A stretch of DNA of 64,000 nt, taken from the NCBI RefSeq assembly GCF_009914755.1, contig NC_060936.1; one strand, written 5' to 3'. Shown in pieces: positions 1 to 11,666 of the stretch. Made by a program: the position numbers and the translations under genes. The notes below the pieces were generated by a model. The model saw nothing but the letters and a program-made list of their open reading frames with translations. It did no database searches and was not told the DNA's origin. This DNA is from the human T2T-CHM13v2.0 reference genome, Homo sapiens. Numbering within the stretch: the first letter of the stretch is position 1; each line of letters opens with the position of its first letter.

Positions 1-649
1 AGTCAACTCAAATGATTTTGAATCCTGGGAATAGATTAAGCAATCATCAATATTCATTGACTAGCTATTTTGCATTTGCTATTGAAAGGTTATAGATACA
101 AAACAAGTATATTTTTAATGGAATTTCTACTCTAGGTGGGGAGAGAAAATGTAAAACGAGATCATATAATGGGTAATTAAGTGTTAAAATTGCATATTCA
201 ATCATATTTTCTTGATAATGAGATGTACTATTTATTTAATTACAAGCTTTTGAATTGTGTTTCTTTTGGCATCAACTCATTCTTTCATCAAATAAATAGT
301 TATGAGCCCCTATATCATTGTGGTCACTGGAAATACAGCAGGAACAAAATAAAAAAATCTCAACATTGTGGAACATACATTATAACTCGGGAAGAAAGAG
401 ACATAAAAGATATTAGCTAGAAGTGCTTCATAAGTACTAAGAAGAAAAATAATGTAGGCAGGTGGACATAAATGTCTTTGGAAGCTGTAGTTTTAAACAG
501 TGTCACCCTGGCTAGGTGTAAGACAGTGCCCTCCTTCTTTCAGTGATGGCATATGTTCCCAATGTTTATTTTCTTTTTGGTTTTACATTTCTACTTTTGA
601 AATTTGTTCCTGAAAACTATCCAAGCTGTCTGTTAAAAATTTAAGTAGG

Positions 650-942
650 GGCCAGGCTCAGTGGCTCATGCCTGTAATCCCAGCACTTTGGGAGGCTGAG
701 GCAGGTAGATCACTTGAGGTCAGGAGTTTGAGACCAGCTGGGCCAACATGGTGAAACCCCGCCTCTACTAAAAATACAAAAAATTTAGCTGGGCGTGGTG
801 GTCCGTGCCTATAGTCCCAGCTACTTGAGAGGCTGAGGCAGGAGAATTGCTTGAACCCAGGAGGCGAAGGTTGCAGTCAGCCAAGATCGCACCACTGCAC
901 CGTGGCCTGGGCAACAGAGCGAGACTCTTTCTAAAAAAAAAA
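650..942 (+). mobile_element. AluS element
   Basis: Full dimeric Alu with A tail; imperfect TSD aaaaat(t)taagta. Confidence 0.95.
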
Positions 943-1493
943 TTAAGTAATAAGGTGAAGAAAAAAGTAGGAAATTTACTGCAGGTTGAAGTAAAAAAAT
1001 GCAATAAGAAATCTTTCATCATCTCAGTGTCCAAAACAACTGCATTCTGTTATTTGACATTTATTTATTAATTTAAAAATAATTAATGAGCCTTCATTAT
1101 GTGCTAGACACAAGATTTGCAGGAAGTATATTATTCTAGGTAGAACAGCAAGAGTAAAATTCCTGATTCAGGCAGGAATAGGCTCACTGTCCTGAGGAAG
1201 AGAGAAGGCCAGAGCAGTTTGCAGGGAGTCAAAGAGAGGTGGAGTGGTAGGAGATGGACTCAGAGACACAGGGATAGGCCAGGTGGTGTGCTATGCTTCC
1301 CAAACCTCTGAAAACCCAAGTATCCTCCAGAATGCTTCCTGAATGCATTGATTCCTAGGATCCATCCTAGAACTATGGAATCAGAATCCTTAGGCAAGAG
1401 TTCTGGGAATCTTGGATCCCAGGTGATGTAGGATATAGGCCATGGGAAAATGTTTGAATTTTAGTTCAATGGCAATGAGAAGGCAGTCGTGAA

Positions 1494-1546
1494 TGTGTGT
1501 ATGTGTGTGTGTGTCTGTGTGTGTGTGGGTGTGTGTGTGTGGTGTG
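1494..1546. repeat. (TG)n microsatellite within an L2-like remnant
   Basis: Imperfect TG run. Confidence 0.9.
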
Positions 1547-3169
1547 ATATGATCTGATTCAAACTTTCTGCAGATCACCATAACAAAAATGGGAAAGAGT
1601 GGATACAGTGACTAGTTAGCAGCATGTTCCAATAATTTATTAGAGAAAGAAAAGCAAAAAATCAGAGATAATAGTTTTGTTGTTGCCACAGGCTTGCTGT
1701 AACAATTATATGAGATAATACTCGCATAGTTCTTAGCATACTATCAATGTTTTATGCTTAGCAAAAAATAATTTACTTATCACTATCATGATATCTTTTG
1801 AAAAAAAGCTATTCAATTGTTCCAGTCTCACATGGTCAATAATATTTTCCCACTCACTTGTGATGCCTCCCTTATCATTCTTTAATTTCTCATATGGACT
1901 CAGATTGCTCTATGATTTCTACTTTTCCATTTGTAAATTTGCATGCATGTACTTTCAGTAGTTGTTGTTTAACCAACTTTCTTGTGTTGCAACTTTTAAA
2001 ATCAGATTTATTCTCTTAGGGCTTTATATGCATCCCATCTAGGAACTTGGGACAGGTGTTCTGGGACTATATGGAAGCACATCTGAGTCACACCTCACAT
2101 TACAGTAGGCTTTCGCATTTCACCAGTTTAGTATTTTGGACTTGGTATTATATTATTTTGATCCCATATACCCTTAACACATATTAATTCAAAAAATTTC
2201 CCAAAGCCTGTGTTTGAATCATGCTTTCTTTGAGTTTGCCCACCAAGAGCAAGTCACTTAGCTCAAGAATAAGCCTAGACATCTGCTTCTCCACAGCTCA
2301 ACACAGACCTATTGTCCCTACTATGTAAGTAATCACTGTCAAGAAGTATACAGGCTACTGTAGTTTTTCACAAAATTTGAGACTTTTCAGGGTCAAAATA
2401 TAAAGAATTCAATAGGTTGTACTAAAGCATCGTGCTCAATGGCAAACAGTCTGAATTTTAAGACATATCCTAGGGATCTTAACTTTCTCCTATGTCAGGA
2501 GAAATGTTAAATGCTGATTGAACCATATCTAGAGCTAAATGTACTACAAAAGTGTTGGCATTTGAACCAATAAATTTTCTCCAGTTTGGGTTGGATTTGT
2601 CATCACTTACAACAACATATTCCTCAACAATACATCTTCTATGACATGGCTGAATTCTGTTGATATGTACATAGACTAAGCCCATCCTTCGGGTAATCCA
2701 CTACACAAATATAAAATTATAATTAAACCAATTTGTCTATTGAAAAAGTATCCAACAGTTATTTATCCACATCACACAGTAAATGCTACAGAATTTCTTT
2801 ACAGTGGCAAAGCAATGAGAAAGCCGGACTTTCAAAGCCCTTCACATAATGTCTAGAGATTATCACTTTACTTATAAGATGAATCCAAAAGGTAGTCAAC
2901 AGCAGAACAAAGCTGAGGCATGCCATAAACCCGAGTTTAGAATGTAATTAAAACCCATAGCTATCACACGTTTTTGGATTTAATAGCTTTCTAAGTCAAA
3001 TACCTGACAAAAAGTATTTGCAAAGAATTTTCTGTGTCACAGAAACAATAGAATGTCTGTCTATATGTTGATCTGGGTGAGTGGTGAGCAAGACAAGAAA
3101 TTTTAGGATTCTAGGATCTCAAGGAGAGGATCGCAAGCCCCTGGAAACTCATCATCTTCCTATGTGCTC

Positions 3170-3330
3170 ACAGAATGCTTCCTGCTTCCCTAAAAACTGC
3201 CTCTGTATCCTCTCCTCCCTTCTCCCCCCGCTTCTTTTTCCCTTCTTTCCTTGCCTCCTTTCCTTCTCCTGCTGCTCTTCTTCCTGTTTCTTCTCCTCCA
3301 TCTTCTCCTTTCCTTTATTTTTCTTACCCA
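3170..3330. repeat. CT-rich low-complexity tract
   Basis: ~160 nt nearly pure pyrimidine on the + strand. Confidence 0.8.
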
Positions 3331-6175
3331 TGAGTCCATCTCACAGAGTAAATCATAATCTTCCCATTTCCATGCCGTTTCACTGATGTCAAAAACCACC
3401 CCTTATATTCCCAAGCCTTACTAATCCTCAGTTTGCTCAGATTTCTGTCCAGGCTAGAACATTCTTCACTCAGCAGCCTATGCTGAACTGAAATGGCCTG
3501 TAGTTGCTACCATTCCACCATTTTCACTTGCACCTCTGGGTTCCCTCCTTCCTGGTGTTGTGGCCTTGTGTCTTGACAAATATCCTGAGGATCCAGTGAC
3601 AAGAGCTATGGATTTTACAGCATACTTTCATCTAAAGCGGTATTTTTTTCCTCTTACCATAGTACTGACCTTGAGGCATTCAATATCTTCTCTACATTGT
3701 ACTTGCACAGAAATCCTAATAACAGCTTCTTAATTGAGTTCCGGAACATAGTTAGCATTATTTGGGATAAACATTCTAATTGTGTTGTACTCTCCTTGTA
3801 ACAAATAAACTATAAATTTTCCTGATTACTAATAAAAAGAAGAAAGAGGGAAAAAATTCATTTGTGGATAAATGCTCTTATGAAATGCTTTGCGGTGGCA
3901 ATTGGGAATCAGGAAGGGAGGAGAGACACAACTTTCATGCCCTTTTTAAAGGTAGCATTCTAAAACTCATTGCCAATGATAGTTGAAACAAGAAAGAAAA
4001 AAGTATTGGAGGAAAAATGCTTGATCCTTCCTTCTGAGCTAGGAAGTCTTAGAAGTTACATATAAAGTTTAGAGGTTGAGTGTAGCTTTTTACCCTGGCT
4101 GGAAAAAAAATGCCTATAATTTCTCCAGTTCAAGACACTGATAGTCAGAACATGGTCTATTTGAGTATAAATTAAGTCTCAAAATAATTCTTAGTACCAC
4201 TGCAATATCCCTCAAACAAGAAGGTCTGCATTGATGTATATGTTTTATACTCATGTACATATGATAAGCACAAACACACATCAATTATTCCATTAAAGTC
4301 ATTATGCTGCCCCAGAATATATCCCTTGCTTCCTGTATGCCCCATCCATACATCCATTTTCTGTATGGAATGGGTCTTCAAATCAGCTGACATTTAATTG
4401 CATCACCCCTTTGCTTTTTGAGGAAGCTAAACATTATTGATTTATTTAAAAAATAACCCTGCCTCCCCAGTTTTGCTGCTAAATCATCATGCACATAAGT
4501 AATCTAAGTGGATTGCAGGAAACATTAGGACTGGCAATTGGTGTTGCCAGCTACCAAAGCCACAGCATGGTCAGAGGCTAGGGAAAGCTAATGCAGCAAA
4601 ATTGCCTATTGCCTCTATGTAATCATCACCCCAAAGGAAAAGCACAGCTTCTTCATCAATCTCCAAACCACAAATAAGCTGAAAGTGAAATGACCTGCCA
4701 GAATTCCTCATTGGTGCCTTTTATTGTCCATGATATTAAATTAACTAGACAGTACATGACATTACAAGATAGAACAAGCCTCTTGAACTGTAATTCACAG
4801 TGACTTTAAGAGTTGATGACTATGGGTATATGATGGTCACTAAGGAAATATCTCCCATGAGCCCTAGCATTAACAGGAGCATCTCCAGATACAGAGACAT
4901 CATTAACATCATTTATCTTCACTGAATAGACAGAGTACATGACTTTCACCTTCAGAACATCTGCTACTCATGTAAATGCAGAAAACTTGTTCAAGTATTT
5001 CAGGATGCCAAGTGACCCACATATTTTCTCTTAACAAGAGTTCATCTTGTGTTCTTAGCTTATGATTTTTATTGAATTATTGATATTTCCCTCTGGACAT
5101 TTTCCAAGCAAAACAAGAGACTGTATTTCATTTGTCTCTGTTTCCAGATATCCCAAGGGGAAACTAGATCATAATAAATACTGAGTGTATGCTAGCTGAA
5201 AACATTGACGAATGGAACTTTGATTCTCAATATTAAGTAAAGTATACTATATGTAGTAGGTTAAAAAAATAAAGAAAAAAAAGAAGCTTGTTAGATTTAA
5301 TTACATTTGGTGCATAGAGGAGTTGCCAAAATGCAAACATGGTTTCATTGAATTATCTTGGCCACACAAATCAACTCATTTGATTATATTTTGGAGCAGA
5401 GATGCAATAACAACCATTTAACTACTGATTTGTAGTTTCAATGTGGATCCTTCTATAATGATGTTAAACCAGAGAGTGACTGTAGTTCAAATAGTGTGTC
5501 AACCTCAGTATGTATTTAAACTATGATAACCTCCACAATTTGGAAACCTCTGACCTGGGTTATACAAGCAAGGGAACTTTAAGAACATAAGCAATGGGAT
5601 CATTGTATCACTTTTATTAATAAAGAATGGTTATTATTCAGTAATATCAAAAATGTTATCTATCAATTACTCCCAACTCATTTTATTTGCTCCAGTGACA
5701 GAAAACTACTCTCCCTCTACCACACCTCCCCTTTCAGTTGTCTTATTTATTGTAATTTGAGTCAAGTGACCAGAGGATCTTCAATAAGTATTATTTATTT
5801 ACACAGGCTGAGACTAAGGCCTATCTGCTTAAAACAGATTCTCACAGAAGGTAGGAGGCTCAGTACAAGATATAATCAACTATAATTGTAAGGCCTTCCT
5901 AAAGTAATCTTTTATTCAAATATTTATTAAGCATCTACCATGTACCATGCATTCTGCTATGAGCGGAGGATACAGACAAGTTTTCTGATTTCGTAAGAGG
6001 AAGAAAACAGACAACAGTCAAGTAAGAAATTAGAAGTACCACAGAATAAGTGCTGTGGTACATACCCGTTGGGATTCATTGATAACTATTCACAATCAGT
6101 GTTTTTCTTTTTTCAAGCATCAATGACAGGAAAGAATCAACATCAGCCTCAGCATCAGTTTAACATACTACTTAC

Positions 6176-6474
6176 CACCACAATTACATTTGCTGCTGGG
6201 ATTGGGAGATTTTCCACTTCAAGATCTTGACCATCCATGGCCAGCAGATTGAGAGACGGGTCATATGCGGGTCTAGGAAATGCTGAATTGACAATCTGGT
6301 GGCGTTTGCTTACTTGAGCTTCGGAAGAGGAATGGTAGCTATGTCTGTAGATTTTTTGTGGGGCTATATCCAGGCTCTTCTCAATGTCTTGTGAATGCTT
6401 ATAAATGAATACCGGCTTCCCACTCTTCTTCTGATTAATTGCCAAAAAATGATCATTGTTTCCTGAAAAGCACC
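6176..6474 (-). CDS. PTPRR: PTPRR coding exon 2 (extracellular region GCFSGNNDHFLAINQKKSGKPVFIYKH...IPAANVIVV)
   Basis: ORF 6155-6445 matches PTPRR residues ~30-119; acceptor tctttcag at 6475, donor GTG|GTAAGT at 6175; 299 nt, and 58+299=357 nt=119 codons. Confidence 0.97.
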
Positions 6475-9094
6475 CTGAAAGAGGGAAGAAGCAGAAACAA
6501 TATCAAAGACCCTATTCAGTAAGAGAGGTAGATATATCTGATGAAGAGGATTACCCTTTCTTGAGAGGCTTTAAGACTTGTGAAGGATTTAGGTTAGTCT
6601 CCATATTTCTTTGTCTGCTTCATGATCCTCAACAAATAGTATACACCTGGTGGTATGAAGGCCTCTCAAAGACTTTAGGTGGATAAAAGTGGGCGTACTT
6701 TGAAAAAGTTCTATTTTTCAGATATTCTGATGCCACTTTTACTAAGAAATTTCCTCCTTTATCTACACCCATAGTTTCAATACCTACTTGGGCTTCTATT
6801 CCTGGATGTCCTATCTGCTGCTGAAATTATAAATATTTTTATCATATTTAAGCTTTCCTTAAATATAAGCATTTCCTACAATTCTTATTTCATACTTATT
6901 GCTTGTATTACAATGAACAGTTTTCTTCACGCTTACAGAGTATTTAAGCTCTCTGAGGTAAGAAATCTGAGTGTACTTATTGTGGTAGCAACTTTCAGTA
7001 GTCCAAACAATATCCATCGTCTCCTTACTTGTGTAAGTAATATGGCCATCTAGATAGAGACTACATTTCTCTCAGTCTTCCCTGCAACTAAGCATTGCCA
7101 TTTGATCAAGTTATAGCTATTGGAATGTGAGTAAACAGATGTTAGCAGAGATGTGATATGGCCTTCCTTTCTACATTTCCTCTTTTGTGCTGGCTGAAAT
7201 GCAGAGAGTCTGGTAGGAGCATGAGGTAGAAACCATGTGTCAAAGATGGTAGAGCACTAAGACAAAATATTCTGATCCCTGATGAAAGTGAAACTACCAT
7301 ACCAACCTCACAGTTCCCACTCTGATTTTTAGAGAGAAAAACAATATTCTATTGTTTTACCTGCTATTATTTTAAGTATCTTTGTTAGAGCAATTGAATT
7401 TATTTAGTAACAAATACATTCATCTTTATTTCTTCTGTTAGATAAATATTCATTGCATTGAATAATGGCTTCTCCTGTTTGCTACTGGCCACAGGAGGAA
7501 ACAGATAATACATATGAATCAAAAAGAATATTACTAGGTCAAATACCAGTTAGAAAAGCAAACATGAGATCTGTTTTATAACGTAGTCCCTAGCAATGGT
7601 ACCCCAGATTTTCACTGGAAATGCTTGTGGTAACAAGTGCTGTCCTTAGAAAATTACTTACCTCTTTTTACAAGAATTCTTCTCCAATCTCCTACTATTT
7701 TTATCTTTTACTTCCCAAATCATGCAAGCGTCTGTACTTTATTTTGTTTTTCTTGCAAATTTCAGCTATTTACATGCCCAAATTCAATAGAATTATCATG
7801 GCAGATCTAGTACTCATGCTACTGGGCATTTAAATTTCTCTATTTTCTCTTAGGTGAGAGACCCACGTTCATTTATGCATACAATATACCTTTCCCAAAG
7901 CACAGAATCACCTCTACATCAGTGGTATTAGAAAAGTAAACCAGGATGAAAGTAGTATATTATTTTATTTCTTAACCCCAAAGGAATCACTTCATTGTAG
8001 TGATATCAGATAGTTTTTCAGAGGGAAAGAAGAAAATTACTCTCCTTTCAGAAATGTAGAAACTCTTCTAGGACACTACAATATTATTTAGTAAATTATT
8101 TTTAGTAAAATACTAAATACACACCTTGTGGTCAGAAAGTTCATATACATCTAAAACATTTTGGCACCATTTTCCATTGATAAAACAGTGGTAAGAACAA
8201 CAACATTGAGATATCCTGTTCTGAATTCCATTATACTACATATGTTCTTAATGAGAGTTTCATTTCCAAATCCGAGGAACTCATTTAATATGGAGAAATA
8301 AAATGTACAATTATTTAAGGGTCATCATTGTCCAATCATCATCTTTGGCAAACTATGGGTGGCTTGATTGTTTTAAAAAAGTTATGGTCAATTTAGCATG
8401 CTCGGAACTGAAGACATGATGATTAGTTTCCATTACTATTTCAGGATCCACATAAAATATAATTCAAGTGGTCCAAAAAGATAAAGCTACTGGTAACAGA
8501 AGATGATTCTCATACTATTATATCGTGGAATAAAGCACTTGGGCTAAGAAAATAACCCATCTTTATAACCCCACATGAAAGTTGAAGGGATACGGGTGAA
8601 ACAGAGTTGCTGAAGATGTAAGACGTATATGTTGGTCACACAAGGCTTGATGGAAAGCAAAGCCTGTAAAAACTAGCAATTCCTCTACTCTGGATTCTCT
8701 ATAAATAGTAAATAAAAAGAAAAAAGCAGCTTAGAAGATTGGGGAAAGTAGATATCTTAAAAGAGGAGAAATAACTGACAAACTGAGTAAATTACACAAA
8801 TATCTTCAATCTTTCTTTTTATATATTATCAATCACACCAAGTCTTTTCAGAGCCACTTTATCTAAATAGAAAAGTCCAGTTAATAAATGCGTGCTAAAA
8901 TTGGCCTACCGAGAAAGGGACAAAATCTAAGTTGAAGCGCAATTGAAACACAATGAAAATTTTCCAACCTTATCCACTTGTCTGTGTGAATGAACTTAGT
9001 CCTGCCTTGTTCCTGAGTAATGAGTTCTAAGATAGCAGTGTAATATTAGGTGTCCTACCACAATCATTAGGTAAGAAAAAAAATTTCATAGTGC

Positions 9095-9260
9095 TGTCCT
9101 TAGGTTCTCTGTATCAGAGCTACCTGGGACATGATGATACAGTTTCTTAGACCCCAGACTAGAACTACCAAAGCATAATCTCTATAGATGTAGCCTAGGA
9201 ATCTGGATTTATAATAGAATTCTTATGTTCAAACTCTGATGTTTGAGGACCACTGACCTA
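9095..9260. mobile_element. MER5A-like hAT DNA transposon remnant
   Basis: Characteristic gcctaggaatctggattt and terminal gtttgaggaccactg motifs. Confidence 0.55.
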
Positions 9261-10191
9261 ATGTCTGGAATTAGTTTTGTATTTTCTATCCTCAAATGCT
9301 ACCTATTTCCTCCTTCACTTCAGCTTTATGAATATACTCAAGTAAAAATTTTGGAAAAGTGAAGACTGAGAAGCCAAGTTATCTATTAGTGAAGCCGTAA
9401 TTCTAAAGCAGCCAACAATCATAGCTCTTTTCCCTCTCTCTCCTATCAATACCTGACCCTGGACTCAGATGCAGGTGTAGAAGCGCAAGAAACTCACTTC
9501 AAATATAATGATATGGACACATTTAAAGTGAAAGAGTGAAAAGCAACATATCATGAAAACCTAATCAAAAGAAACCTGGAGTGACTATATTAATATCAAT
9601 TCAGCACAAAGAAATTCCCAAGGATAAAGAGGGACATTACATAATGATGGACATATGACGCAATGTACATAAGAATACATAATATTCCTAAATATATATG
9701 CATCAAAAATGAGCTTAAAATTCATGGAGCAAAGCTGACAAAAATGAAAGGAGAAATGGGAAAATTCACAATTATCATTGAAGATTTTAACTGTTCCCTC
9801 TCAATAGTAAGTAGATTGAGGAGAAAGAAAAGAAGCAAAGGCAAGGTTGTAAAAGAACACCACCATCAACCAACTGGATTTAATAGGTGTTTATAGAACA
9901 CACAACCCAAAACACCAGAATACACAATCTTTTCACGTTCTTATGGGGTATTCATCTAGACAGATCATATACTGGGCCATAAAATAACACATGTTGAAAA
10001 CTGAAATTATACAAGGTATACTCTTTGACCATGAAGGAATTAAACTAGGAATCAGTAACAGAAAGAAAAGAAGAATATTTCCAAAATTTGGAAATTAAAA
10101 AAACACATTTCTAAATATCCATGGGCCAAAGAGAAAGTCACAAGACAAATTAGAACATATTTTGAACTGAACTAAAATAAAAATATAACAT

Positions 10192-11666
10192 ATCCTGAAT
10201 GGTATTGCCTAGGTTTTCTTCTAGGGTTTTTACGGTTTTAGGTCTAACATGTAAGTCTTTAATCCATCTTGAATTAATTTTTGTATCAGGTGTAAGGAAG
10301 GGATCCAGTTTCAGCTTTCTACATATGGCTAGCCAGTTTTCCCAGCTCCATTTATTAAATAGGGAATCCTTTCCCCATTGCTTGTTTTTGTCAGGTTTGT
10401 CAAAGATCAGATAGTTGTAGATATGCGGCATTATTTCTGAGGGCTGTGTTCTGTTCCATTGGTCTATATCTCTGTTTTGGTACCAGTACCATGCTGTTTT
10501 GGTTACTGTAGCCTTGTAGTATAGTTTGAAGTCAGGTAGCGTGATGCCTCCAGCTTTGTTCGTTTGGCTTAGGATTGACTTGGCAATGTGGGAGGACTTC
10601 ATGTCTAAAACACCAAAAGCAATGGCAACAAAAGACAAAATTGACAAATGGGATCTAATTATACTAAAGAGCTTCTGCACAGCAAAAGAAACCACCATCA
10701 GAGTGAACAGGCAACCTACAAAATGGGAGAAAATTTTTGCAACCTACTCATCTGACAAAGGGCTAATATCCAGAATCTACAATGAACTCAAACACATTTA
10801 CAAGAAAAAAAACAAACAACCCCATCAAAAAGGAGGCAAAGGATATGAACAGACACTTCTCAAAAGAAGACATTTATGCAGCCAAAAAACACATGAAAAA
10901 ATGCTCATCATCACTGGCCATCAGAGAAATGCAAATCAAAACCACAATGAGATACCATCTCACACCAGTTAGAATGGCAATCATTAAAAAGTCAGGAAAC
11001 AACAGGTGCTGGAGAGGATGTGGAGAAATAGGAACACTTTTACACTGTTGGTGGGACTGTAAATTAGTTCAACCATTGTGGAAGTCAGTGTGGCGATTCC
11101 TCAGGGATCTAGAACTAGAAATACCATTTGACCCAGCCGTCCCATTACTGGGTATGTACCCAAAGGATTATAAATCGTGCTGCTATAAAGACACATGCAC
11201 ACATATGTTGGTTGCGGCACTATTCACAATAGCAAAGACTTGGAAGCAACCCAGATGTCCAACAATGATAGACTGGATTAAGAAAATGTGGCACATGTAC
11301 ACCATGGAATACTATGCAGCCATAAAAAAGGATGAGTTCATGTCCTTTGTAGGGACATGGATGAAGCTGGAAATCATTCTCAGCAAACTATCACAAGGAC
11401 AAAAAACCAAACACCACATGTTCTCACTCATAGGTGGGAATTGAACAATGAGAACACATGGACACAGGAAGGGGAACATCACACACCAGAGACTGTTGTG
11501 GGGTGGGGGGAGGGGGAAGGGATAACATTAGGAGATATACCTAATGCTAAATGACGAGTTAATGGGTGCAGCACACCAACATGGCACATGTATATGTATG
11601 TAACAAACCTGCACGTTGTGCACATGTATCCTAAAACTTAAAGTATAATAATAATAATAAAAAAAA
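10192..11666 (+). mobile_element. L1PA element, 5'-truncated with 5' inversion (minus 10192-10592, plus 10593-11666)
   Basis: ORF 10782-11444 = L1 ORF2 C-terminus; ORF 10150-10698(-) carries the adjacent upstream ORF2 segment inverted; G-rich 3'UTR and A tail. Confidence 0.95.

Noticed and set aside
1300-1430. Stretch rich in short palindromes (cctagg, ggatcc, atgcat)
   Set aside because: No long stem or clear periodicity could be established by eye.
2650-2670. VHINRI in the candidate exon resembles VHINRL in PTPRR exon 3 (from memory)
   Set aside because: A five-residue match without flanking similarity is insufficient to claim exon duplication.
6155-6175. C-terminal VSSMLN and TTG start of the predicted 96-aa ORF
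   Set aside because: Intron read-through past the GTAAGT donor; the true frame starts in exon 1.
10150-11444. 182-, 148- and 220-aa ORFs
   Set aside because: Fragments of L1 ORF2 in a truncated, inverted element; not autonomous genes.
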